Source: Promethearchaeota archaeon
GTDB lineage: Archaea > Asgardarchaeota > Thorarchaeia > Thorarchaeales > Thorarchaeaceae
Reading direction: 5' to 3'
Length of the DNA stretch: 20,929 bases
NCBI GenBank assembly: GCA_027031765.1
Contig: JALVPN010000031.1
Span: 13,685-34,613 of the forward strand
The translations under genes and the position numbers were made by a program. The notes under the pieces were generated by a model. The model was not told where the DNA came from. It was given only the letters and a program-made list of their open reading frames with translations, and searched no databases. This document shows positions 1 through 8,207 of this stretch, piece after piece. Numbering within the stretch: the stretch's first letter is position 1; each line of letters opens with the position of its first letter.

Positions 1-73
1 CTACTAGGCCTATCGTCAACGTCCCGGCCACGACTGCGACCCGCTAGACTTCTAGGGACGCCCACTGAGGCCT

Positions 74-2035
74 CTAGAACCTGAGGTATAGCCTGCGCAT
101 CCTCCGCTTCCGTTCTTCCTCCGACTCATCGCTCTCGGGTGGTGGCGGTGGTGGCGGTTCAACAGGCGTATCCGTGGGCTCTGAGGGGCCGCTCCCAGCA
201 CCCTCCTCCTCAGACAGGGAGGGCTCGTCATAGGGGCTCCACCTCCGGGGGCCTGCAGGCCAGGCCCGTGATGTCGTGGGCCCAGCTGTGTGGTCACGGC
301 CCGCTGACGCTGCCTCTGGGGACGACGGGGCCTCTGCCTCGGGGACAGGGCCTTCCTCCGCACCACGCCCCTCGGGGGAGACCTCGTCGGGGACCTCGGG
401 GACGTGGGACAGCTCCTCCTCATAGTCACGCCACGTGAAGGCACCCGTGGTACGGGGCACCTCCTCGCCCCCGGTGGGACCTGTCACATCTCTGTCACCA
501 GGACCGGTGTCGGGTGGCGCGACCACAGAGAACATCCCGGCGTCCGTGTCCTCCTCGCTCACAGGTGTGGTATCAACGACCCGTGCCGTCTCGTCCTCCA
601 GCCCGGCTGGTCTTGTACTCTCAGGACTTGGAGCACCCTCTACGCTTTCGCCCGCACCGGTCAACGGGAATGGCGGCACTTCGGAATCTCGGCGCAGCGG
701 TTCCACACCAAGGGGCCTCGGCTCTACGAGCTCGAACTCTTCACTGAAGTCACGTGGCTCCTCAAATGTCAGGTCGTCAAGCAGGCCGCGGGACGGGGCC
801 GTGCCCTCGTGCCCGGTACCGGTTGGTGCACCATCAGCACCATGGTCGGGGCCCAGTATCACGCGGGCATCATCGGTGTCCTCAGGTGACTCCAGCTCCA
901 GTGGTGGCCCCAGCCCGACCGTGTCCTCCTCCTGCCCGCCCGTTGCGGGGGCTGAAGACCACTCCGGAAACATGCCCAGCCCCTCGTCACCGCTCGTGGG
1001 CAGCGCCGTTTCGGATCCGGTGGCCCCGTGAGAGACCAGGTCTGCTGTCGGTACATTGTCAGTGTCCAGACCCGACGCAGGTGACCCGGACATGGTGACA
1101 TCATCTCCAGCGAAGGACGGGCCGGACTCGGCACCCGGGGTGGTGTGTGACCAAGGCATGCGCTCCGTGGCCTGACCAGGCGGCTCCTCTGGGAATAGGG
1201 GCACCCCACTCGCTGGCAGCTCCTCAGCGGGAATATCGGACTGGTCCTCAGCGGTCGCCGGGATGGTACGGGCACCCTCAACTCCACTCACACCCTCGTC
1301 TCCAAACGGCCCTTCAGGCGGCACGCCAGAGGTGTCCGACGGTGAGGGGGGTACATCGGACAGGAGAGGACCATAGGCGTCCGTGTCCGCGTCTGGCTGA
1401 GCAGTGCTCGTGCTCGGCCCGTGAGTGGCATGTAGTTGGGAGCGCTCCACTCCGGGGTATGTGTCCCGCTCCACGTAGACCGCAGGTGGACTCCGGTCAG
1501 CACCGGACGTCTCGGGCGACTCACCGACTACAGGTGGGGCTGTGAGCTCAGGCCCCAGCATCCCCTCCGGCATTTCTGGTGGTGCCGGTGGTGACCCCAT
1601 CAGTAATCCCTCAGATGGCGGTGTCTCATGGCCGGCCATTAGTGTGTCCTCATGCATGGGGGGCGCGACCACCGACTCTGGGAGGCCGGCCGATATGGGA
1701 CGACCGGTCGTTGGCGGGACTGCAGGCTCAGGCCCAGGCACAGGCCCGGGCTCGTCCTCGAACACTACAGGCACCTCTTCGCCCGCCTGGAGGACGCCCC
1801 GACCACGAGTGACAGTCACATGGCCGTCGTCCTGTGAAAAGCTCAGCCCGAGTTCCTGACTGAGGCAGGACTCGCACCGCTTGGCTGCAGCGAGCAGCCC
1901 CTCCTCGATGAACTCGTCGAGGGTCTTCGCCCGGTCAGGATGCCTGCGCGACCAGTTCAGGAACGAGTCAATCATCCGCAGCGCGTCACGTACGCCAAGC
2001 CAGTAGTCTTCGGAGTCACGTCTGGAGTTACCCAC
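74..2035 (-). CDS. Hypothetical protein, 653 aa: short helical N-terminal domain with CESC, long acidic Pro/Gly-rich disordered region, C-terminal Pro7 plus charged helix
   Basis: Longest ORF in the region, GTG start. Residues ~1-66 look ordered (DYWLGVRDALRMIDSFLNW...AAAKRCESCL); the rest is E/D/P/G/T-rich low complexity and ends PPPPPPPESDESEEERKRRMRRLYLRF. Confidence 0.8.
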   Translation of the reverse strand: MGNSRRDSEDYWLGVRDALRMIDSFLNWSRRHPDRAKTLDEFIEEGLLAAAKRCESCLSQELGLSFSQDDGHVTVTRGRGVLQAGEEVPVVFEDEPGPVPGPEPAVPPTTGRPISAGLPESVVAPPMHEDTLMAGHETPPSEGLLMGSPPAPPEMPEGMLGPELTAPPVVGESPETSGADRSPPAVYVERDTYPGVERSQLHATHGPSTSTAQPDADTDAYGPLLSDVPPSPSDTSGVPPEGPFGDEGVSGVEGARTIPATAEDQSDIPAEELPASGVPLFPEEPPGQATERMPWSHTTPGAESGPSFAGDDVTMSGSPASGLDTDNVPTADLVSHGATGSETALPTSGDEGLGMFPEWSSAPATGGQEEDTVGLGPPLELESPEDTDDARVILGPDHGADGAPTGTGHEGTAPSRGLLDDLTFEEPRDFSEEFELVEPRPLGVEPLRRDSEVPPFPLTGAGESVEGAPSPESTRPAGLEDETARVVDTTPVSEEDTDAGMFSVVAPPDTGPGDRDVTGPTGGEEVPRTTGAFTWRDYEEELSHVPEVPDEVSPEGRGAEEGPVPEAEAPSSPEAASAGRDHTAGPTTSRAWPAGPRRWSPYDEPSLSEEEGAGSGPSEPTDTPVEPPPPPPPESDESEEERKRRMRRLYLRF

Positions 2036-2183
2036 GGTTCACACCGCATGAGAATGCGTGCAGAACCGAAAAAAGGCTTTGTATGACCGGGGCACCTGGG
2101 CCCCAGCGGTGGGACGGCACCTAGGGAGAGAGGACTGTTGGGCACTGAGAAGGTGGTGATCCCAGCAGCTGCCTGCATGTGTT

Positions 2184-2633
2184 TCACTGGCGGGACTGGA
2201 GGATCTCCTCTACGAGCTCGGTGAAGAGCCGGCTCATCTCATTGCGTTTCTGCTCGTCAAGCCTCTCACCGACGACAGCAACGCGTGTGGGCACGCTGCT
2301 GCCAACATTCTCACGAACCTCGTTGCGGTAGTGTGCCTCGACCTCCGGGTCCGCCTCTCTGAGGACGATTATCACGGCGTTCGCCCCAGCATACGTCATT
2401 GACAGGAGGACGTCAAGTGCTGAGTCCTGTGGGGACATTATCAGCGTGCGGATCTTCGTGTCATCGGTCTCAAGACCAGCGGCGCCAATCCGGATACCGT
2501 CGACCGACACCACTTTTGTCCCAAAGACCTCAAGTATCTCTTCGAGCAGACTGTCATCTGGTCCCACAACTGTAATCTTGAATAGGTAGCGCCTGTGGGC
2601 GGAGGGCTTGCTGTCATTGTTCTGGGGGCTCAT
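2184..2633 (-). CDS. Rab/Ras-like small GTPase-fold protein with degenerate G motifs (pseudo-GTPase), 149 aa
   Basis: YLFKITVVG, TYAGANAVIIV, VVGERLD and the terminal helix align by eye with Rab1-type YLFKLLLIG, YYRGAHGIIVV and LVGNKCD. Start moved to ATG 2633 (MSPQNN) because the upstream 62 codons of the track ORF look non-coding; ATG 2681 is an alternative. Confidence 0.7.
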   Translation of the reverse strand: MSPQNNDSKPSAHRRYLFKITVVGPDDSLLEEILEVFGTKVVSVDGIRIGAAGLETDDTKIRTLIMSPQDSALDVLLSMTYAGANAVIIVLREADPEVEAHYRNEVRENVGSSVPTRVAVVGERLDEQKRNEMSRLFTELVEEILQSRQ

Positions 2634-2822
2634 GGGCCGACGCCGTCCTTCTCGTATCTGAGCAACCACCGTACTTCGCATTGATATGTGTTGTGTGCAT
2701 ATCCGTGCGGGCGGACAACCGGGTCGGGACGGGTGGTGGTGATGTGTACTGACCGGACGGACACGTGGCCGGTCGGAGGACAGGCGGTGGGGCAGTTGGA
2801 CCGGGGGAGACGTAGACATAGA

Positions 2823-2830
2823 TTCTTAAG
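2823..2830 (+). promoter_or_regulatory. Putative TATA box (TTCTTAAG)
   Basis: AT-rich island about 30 nt upstream of the proposed start at 2859 in GC-rich DNA. Confidence 0.35.
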
Positions 2831-2858
2831 CCTTCCCGGAGGGACTGCCAACTTGGGA

Positions 2859-3212
2859 TTGAACGTGGTAACAGTCGAGGAAGTCTTTGACACTCTGAAG
2901 ACGGTCTACGACCCGGAACACCCGATTGCAGTCACTGACCCCCAGATTGGTATAGTGCGGCCCGAGTACATCAAGGTGCTTGACGGACTGATCAGAGTGC
3001 GTTTCAGGCCTACGGTGCCCAGCTGTCCCATGGGTGGACTGATTGGCGTGCTCATCAGGTACAGACTCGAGCAGGTCTTCCCTGACAACCGTGTGCAGGT
3101 CCTCCTCATACCAAACTCGCACACGATGGAAGAAGCTGTCAACGAGATGATAAACAACGACGAGAGGTACAACCAGGTGGTCGAGCAGCTCAAGGCACGG
3201 GGCATGCTCTGA
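2859..3212 (+). CDS. MIP18/FAM96/CIA2-like (DUF59) Fe-S cluster assembly/targeting protein, ~117 aa
   Basis: Motifs EVFDTLKTVYDPEHP, FRPTVPSCPMGGLIG and PNSHTMEEAVNEMINNDER. Start uncertain (TTG 2859 or GTG 2865); the track ORF extension from 2688 looks non-coding. Confidence 0.85.
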   Translation: MNVVTVEEVFDTLKTVYDPEHPIAVTDPQIGIVRPEYIKVLDGLIRVRFRPTVPSCPMGGLIGVLIRYRLEQVFPDNRVQVLLIPNSHTMEEAVNEMINNDERYNQVVEQLKARGML

Positions 3213-3251
3213 TGCACTTGGCCGAGTCCTGTCGACGGACAACAGCTCTCA

Positions 3252-3659
3252 ATGGGGTGGGCCCTTGTGAGTAGGGACCCGGAGTCAGTGCTCCTGGCCG
3301 GCATGTTCCTCATGCTTGTGGGACTGGTCGTGCTTGCCATCTCGGGCGGCGGTGGGGACGGCGGGATCTTTGTGTTCCCCTTCTTCTTCGTGAGTACCAG
3401 CGGCCCCGCAGGCATTGTGCTGGGCACCATCATGCTGGCCATCACGATATTCATGGTATTCTATTTCATGAGGGCGATGATGGTCGGGCCAGCACCCCCC
3501 TATGGGGCGGGAGAGGACGACCGGACACCCTTCTCCATGCACCGCGATGCCGTCTGGCGTACATGTCCGGTGTGCGGACGCCCTCTTGCACCAGACCACA
3601 GGTTCTGCCCCACCTGTGGCACCCAAGTGGACAGCGACACGGAGCACTGGGACATGTGA
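3252..3659 (+). CDS. Membrane protein with C-terminal double zinc ribbon, 135 aa
   Basis: Hydrophobic segments LLAGMFLMLVGLVVLAI and GIVLGTIMLAITIFMVFYF; C-terminal CPVCG...RFCPTCG. Confidence 0.8.
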   Translation: MGWALVSRDPESVLLAGMFLMLVGLVVLAISGGGGDGGIFVFPFFFVSTSGPAGIVLGTIMLAITIFMVFYFMRAMMVGPAPPYGAGEDDRTPFSMHRDAVWRTCPVCGRPLAPDHRFCPTCGTQVDSDTEHWDM

Positions 3660-4150
3660 AGGGGGCCGGGGAGTGGGGTACCGTGGAGATAAGGCGTCCG
3701 ACACCGGCAGACGTTGACCGGGTCTTTGAGATTGAGCAGCAGTCATTCGCCAGGCCTTGGGACAGAGAGGCGTTCGAGCTACTGGCCGCGTGTAGAGGGG
3801 ACTACAACTGGGACGTGGTGACATACTACCTCAGAGTTGCGGTTGAGGGGGCTGAGGTCATCGGGTACGTCGCGTGGAGAGTGGACAGGCAGTCGAGGGA
3901 GGGACAGGTGGACAACATTGCGGTCAGCGCCGAGTGGCGCCGCAAGGGTATTGGGACACGCCTCCTCCGACTTGCACTCAGGCTCATGAAGGAGGACAGT
4001 GCCATGTCCTGTGTGCTGCAGGTACGTGAGAGTAACCGTGCAGCCCAAGCGCTCTACAGGAAGATGGGGATGACGCCTGTGGGACGGGTGCCAGAATACT
4101 ACGGTGATGAGGACGCCCTCGTGTACGGCATCGACCTCGACAGTATATGA
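3656..4150 (+). CDS. rimI: RimI/Ard1-like GNAT N-acetyltransferase
   Basis: NIAVSAEWRRKGIGTRLL (acetyl-CoA motif A), LQVRESNRAAQALYRKMG, YYGDEDA. GTG 3656 overlaps the upstream stop (GTGA); GTG 3683 is an alternative start. Confidence 0.85.
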   Translation: MKGAGEWGTVEIRRPTPADVDRVFEIEQQSFARPWDREAFELLAACRGDYNWDVVTYYLRVAVEGAEVIGYVAWRVDRQSREGQVDNIAVSAEWRRKGIGTRLLRLALRLMKEDSAMSCVLQVRESNRAAQALYRKMGMTPVGRVPEYYGDEDALVYGIDLDSI

Positions 4151-4250
4151 TCCCATGACAGTAGCCCCGGGGCCGTGGCGCCTGCCAGACGCGGGGCGGT
4201 GTGAGGACTGCATGTCCAGTCCCCGGGTTGTCGGGAGCAGTATGGGAGCA

Positions 4251-7200
4251 CTACTGTCTGACCCGACTCCTCGTCAGGCGTGGCCCCAAGATGTCGTGGT
4301 AGAGACGCAGGTACGATGCGTCTGTCGAGACAAGGGCCAGAGGGCGCTCAGACTCAGTGGCACCACCCACCAACACCTCGCGGTCGTCAGCCACTGCCAT
4401 GAGCATGGGAACCCGCACCCACCATATGCGCCACCCCTTCGGGAGCTCCGTGCCCTCCGGGAGCTCTGTGCCCTCCGGCAGCACCAGCACCCTGCGGTGT
4501 CTTGCCTTGACCTTGGCAAGGCGCTTCATGTCGACGAACCCGACATCCGTCACCGAGAGGAGCACCGAGTCAGATGCACGACTTGCCATGTCCATCATGT
4601 GCGCACGGATCTCCTCTCGGCCAGTGATGAACCACGAGTGCTCCGGCGACACGGACTGGAGTAGTTCTACGGCCTCCTGTACCGATGCGAGCGCCGAGGC
4701 CGACTGTTCCACGGACGACGTTGTGGACTCTATCAGCTCTGTGACCTCGTTGGACAGTAGTTCAAGGGCCTCCTTCTGACCCCTAGACCACTCGCGGAAC
4801 ACCCTCTCAATCTTCGCACCGAGCTTGTTTAGTATCTCGTTCCGGCGCTGTCGTTCATCGGCGGTTGCCTCTGTCGTGGCATTGGTCACTGCCGTCACGG
4901 CATCCGACAGCTCGTGACCGGCCTGTACGACGTTCCCACGTAGGTCCTTCATGAGCGCATGCGACCTGTCACTGAAGTCGCTCTTCAGGCCAAGGCCAAT
5001 CGACTCGAACCTCCTAGATGCCGTTTGGTTGCTGGTAAGTGCGGCCTGGAGCGCAGACTCCAGCACGTGGTCGCGCGCCCCGAGGGCCTCCCTGATCCAC
5101 GAGTCTGTGAAAGTGTTGGCCTCCTTCACAGCGGCCTCGAGGGCCGTCTGGTACTCTTCGGCCCGGGCATCGAGCTGTCTCAGCACCTCATTCTTCTCCT
5201 GTCCAGTGCTGATGGAGGCCTCTTCAGCAATAGCAGTGGTGACATCACTTATGGACTGTGTGAGCGTGTCCAGCAGGCCCCGGGCATTGTCAAGGGCATC
5301 GGCACTCGTTGCAGCGAACTTGTCCGCATGGCTGTGGAGGACACCCTGTGCCTGTTGGAACATCTCCTCCGCAATTGACCCGAGGCTCTCTACCTGGGCA
5401 TTGCCCCTCTGCTCCACGCGAGACGCAGCCTCACGAGATGCATCTGTAAGGTACTGACGCATGCCCTCAATGTACTCCCTTATCTTCGTTGCCAGGCCTT
5501 CGAGGTCAGCGGTGAGTTGCGAGGCCGCGTTGTCGACTGCCATGGACACCGCATCGAACGCCATTGAGGCCTCCAGCTTGTGGCCGTCCACCTCTGTAGA
5601 TACTGCCTCTCTGGCTGAAGCACGCGCTTTCACGCCAGAGGTCTCGCTCTTCACAAGGGAGGCATGGTACGACTCGACAAGTGCTGCTGCGCTCTTGGCC
5701 ATGTCCGACGCAATCTTGTCGAGGGCCTTGCTCACACTGGTGACGGTCCGCTTGCCGGCATCACTCTCTTCAGATGTTAGGCGCTCGACCTCCGACTCTG
5801 TTGCAGACAGCGTCGCTTGGAGAGAGGTATGGAGCGCATCCCGGGTGCCCTGGAGGCGGCCAGTGACGTTGTCCCGGGCGCTCTTCACCGATGCCTCAAA
5901 CTCCCTTGACATCTGCACCATGCTGTCCCCGAGTTGCTGCACGGTACCGCTCTCGACCTCACGCAGGGCCTCCTCAGTGCCCCGTATCGCACCCTCCACC
6001 TGCTGGAGCACCCTGGCCATGGCCTCCGACATCTCATGGCGTTTCTCTGCCGTGAAGCTCTCAAGCGCCTCCTTTACTGCCCGCAGTGACCTTGTGGCCT
6101 CGTCAATCCGCTGCGCGACGAAGGACTTGAACTCAGTCCTCATCTTGGCCGAGTCCTCGCCGAGTGACGCGAGCTCGTTCTTGAGTGCGTTCTTGAACTC
6201 TGCGTGTGCCGTTGCAATGAGCTCATGTGCCTCGATGGTCTGGCTTGCGATGAGGCCGTTGAAAGTGGCCTCCATGCTCTGGGTCAGGTTGATGAACTGG
6301 CGGGTGATGTCCTCAAGGCGCATGTGGAACTCCTCACGGATGCCCCGGGCCTGCTCCTCAATGCTGGCCACCTGCTCGGAGATGTTCTGTTCCACCCGCT
6401 CCTCCATGCCCTCTGCCAGAGAGTTCAGACGGCCAATGCTGGAGGCCACCCGCTCGTCGAAACGCTTGCTCACGCTCTCATATATTGTCCGGGCCTCGTC
6501 CAAGTGCTTCTCAGCAGCAGTGTCGAGCTCCGAGAGGACCTCATTCAGACGGGCCCCCACACTTGACTCGAAGTCGTGTAGCGACTGTTTCATACCAGTG
6601 ATTGCGGTCTCGTGGCGTGTTGTGGTCGACACCAGTACGTTGCTGAATGCCGATTTGAGGCGGCTGCTCATGTTCTCCGCCAAGTTCACGAACTCTGTGG
6701 CCTCAGTGTCCAAGATTGATGCTATGTCTTCAAGAGCAGCCCTGAACCTGTCGTCGAGCATGGTAGTGGTCTGTTCGGCCCACTCGTCGAGCTGACCCTT
6801 GATGTTGTTCCCCGTCCCCTCTACGCGCCTCAGTGTAGACTTCATGTGTCGTCCGACCAGTCGTATGATGTCGCCCTTTGCCTCACCAAGTCGGGACTCA
6901 AAGTCTGTGGCTATGCTTGAGGACATCGTGCGGAGGGCACCATATTCCCGTGCGAGTTCAGAGTTCACCTTGTCGAGGAACCCGGTCAGGCTGTTCCGTA
7001 CGGCTTGGATGTAGGCGTTGTCAATCGACGCGACCTGGTCCAGGTGGGTCATGACGGAGCGTCGCCCCGACTCGACCGCATTCTTGGCGTCCTGCGACCA
7101 GGTGGCAATGTCAGCGTCGGCAGCTGCGACCTTTTCGGCAGCCTGCTGCACTGATACCATGACAAACTCCCTCAGGGCCGCGACCTCCTCACGGCCACGT

Positions 7201-8147
7201 CGCAACAGCTCGTCCAAGGCCTCGTGGGCAGCCTGGTACGCACTGTCGACCTCGTCGTCAAATGTTGAACGCACCTGTGACAGGTCAGTGGAAACAGCAT
7301 CGAGGACACCGACGCCAGCGGTCACAACGTTACCGGTCTGCGTGTGCAGGGCGTCGACGAACCTCTTCAGCACCGCTTCCAGGGCCGCCTCGAAAGAGGA
7401 CAGTGCCGAGTCGACAGCAGCACGTGTGCCCTCCACTACCGCACGGGCCTCCTCGTCAAGCCTTGTAATGGCTACGGCCGGCCCCGGACGCGCCCCCGCA
7501 AGCCACTTGTCGAAACTGGCACGTACTGCACCGAGCTCTGCAGTAAGGTCCTGCTGCACCCTGTCAAGGTCGGCCTGCAGGCGCTCAAGGCCGCTGCCGA
7601 AGCTGTCATCGATGAGCGAGTTCAAGCCTGAGACCATGTCGCTGACCCTGTCCGACATACTGGAGAGGGCCCCATTGGCGGCATCGACCACCTTCTCGAC
7701 CTGTGTCTGGGCCAAGGACGCGATGTTCTCCTCGTACCCGTCCATGACGCCCCGCACCTCATCGGCGGCCTCAGCAGAGGTGCGCGCCGACTCTGCCACT
7801 ATCGAGTCGAGCTGGCCCGAGTACTCCTTCAGTGCTGTGATGATTGATGACTGTGAGGCCGCCAGGCTGTCGACCAACGACTTGAGGAGGCCACCGACAC
7901 CCAGGTATGGGGGGAGAGCCCGGTACACAGGGACGACCCCTTCCAGTTGGATGACAAGCCCCTTCTTGACAAGCCGCTTCAGTGCGTTCCCGACGCGTGA
8001 GAGGGGCTCACCAGTGATCAACGCAACAGCCCCTGCAGTCATGTGGCCCCCAAGATAGATGGGGACCAGGACCTTCGCCTCTGTCTTTGACACACCCATA
8101 GCGGATGTCAGTACTGACACGACACGTTCCAGCTCACGAATGCTCAA
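4251..8147 (-). CDS. Giant TrmB-family protein, 1298 aa: N-terminal TrmB-like wHTH, ~1100-aa helical/coiled-coil insert, C-terminal TrmB effector-type domain
   Basis: N-terminus MGVSKTEAKVLVPIYLGGHMTAGAVALITGEPLSRVGNALKRLVKKGLV...YRALPP. C-terminus WFITGREEIRAHMMDMASRASDSVLL...LMAVADDREVLVG. TTG start supported by a GAGGTGA SD 8 nt upstream. Confidence 0.85.
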   Translation of the reverse strand: MSIRELERVVSVLTSAMGVSKTEAKVLVPIYLGGHMTAGAVALITGEPLSRVGNALKRLVKKGLVIQLEGVVPVYRALPPYLGVGGLLKSLVDSLAASQSSIITALKEYSGQLDSIVAESARTSAEAADEVRGVMDGYEENIASLAQTQVEKVVDAANGALSSMSDRVSDMVSGLNSLIDDSFGSGLERLQADLDRVQQDLTAELGAVRASFDKWLAGARPGPAVAITRLDEEARAVVEGTRAAVDSALSSFEAALEAVLKRFVDALHTQTGNVVTAGVGVLDAVSTDLSQVRSTFDDEVDSAYQAAHEALDELLRRGREEVAALREFVMVSVQQAAEKVAAADADIATWSQDAKNAVESGRRSVMTHLDQVASIDNAYIQAVRNSLTGFLDKVNSELAREYGALRTMSSSIATDFESRLGEAKGDIIRLVGRHMKSTLRRVEGTGNNIKGQLDEWAEQTTTMLDDRFRAALEDIASILDTEATEFVNLAENMSSRLKSAFSNVLVSTTTRHETAITGMKQSLHDFESSVGARLNEVLSELDTAAEKHLDEARTIYESVSKRFDERVASSIGRLNSLAEGMEERVEQNISEQVASIEEQARGIREEFHMRLEDITRQFINLTQSMEATFNGLIASQTIEAHELIATAHAEFKNALKNELASLGEDSAKMRTEFKSFVAQRIDEATRSLRAVKEALESFTAEKRHEMSEAMARVLQQVEGAIRGTEEALREVESGTVQQLGDSMVQMSREFEASVKSARDNVTGRLQGTRDALHTSLQATLSATESEVERLTSEESDAGKRTVTSVSKALDKIASDMAKSAAALVESYHASLVKSETSGVKARASAREAVSTEVDGHKLEASMAFDAVSMAVDNAASQLTADLEGLATKIREYIEGMRQYLTDASREAASRVEQRGNAQVESLGSIAEEMFQQAQGVLHSHADKFAATSADALDNARGLLDTLTQSISDVTTAIAEEASISTGQEKNEVLRQLDARAEEYQTALEAAVKEANTFTDSWIREALGARDHVLESALQAALTSNQTASRRFESIGLGLKSDFSDRSHALMKDLRGNVVQAGHELSDAVTAVTNATTEATADERQRRNEILNKLGAKIERVFREWSRGQKEALELLSNEVTELIESTTSSVEQSASALASVQEAVELLQSVSPEHSWFITGREEIRAHMMDMASRASDSVLLSVTDVGFVDMKRLAKVKARHRRVLVLPEGTELPEGTELPKGWRIWWVRVPMLMAVADDREVLVGGATESERPLALVSTDASYLRLYHDILGPRLTRSRVRQ
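4441..4476. repeat. Two-copy 18-bp tandem repeat inside the giant TrmB CDS
   Basis: gggagctccgtgccctcc / gggagctctgtgccctcc, 17/18 identical; gives LPEGTELPEGTELPKG on the minus strand. Confidence 0.9.
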
Positions 8148-8155
8148 TGTTCAGG

Positions 8156-8162
8156 TCACCTC
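8156..8162 (-). promoter_or_regulatory. Shine-Dalgarno GAGGTGA for the giant TrmB gene
   Basis: Reverse complement of tcacctc, 8 nt before the TTG at 8147. Confidence 0.7.
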
Positions 8163-8207
8163 GCTCAGGCTGGGCCTCCTACGCCCAGCAGTGGATGGAC
8201 ACACCGG

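Noticed and set aside
1-73. Possible gene end or start at the left edge
   Set aside because: Too short to assign.
2068-2084. GAAAAAAGGCTTTGTAT as a plus-strand promoter for an antisense RNA
   Set aside because: On the minus strand it reads equally well as a BRE-TATA for the 2035 gene or as an oligo-T terminator, so the orientation cannot be resolved.
2634-2858. N-terminal extensions of track ORFs 2184..2819 and 2688..3212
   Set aside because: The two extensions overlap each other head to head, have non-protein-like composition, and cover a TATA-like element; better read as a divergent promoter region.
5461-8058. Long plus-strand ORFs (444 aa at 5461, 346 aa at 7018) and similar antisense ORFs such as 435..1031 and 11782..12687
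   Set aside because: They are Ser/Ala/Arg-rich antisense shadows of real minus-strand genes, as expected in GC-rich DNA, and carry no motifs.
4251-8147. SMC/Rad50 or chemoreceptor annotation for the giant coiled protein (and the 416-aa protein)
   Set aside because: No Walker A/B, ABC signature, zinc hook, TM helices or MCP signalling hairpin motif.
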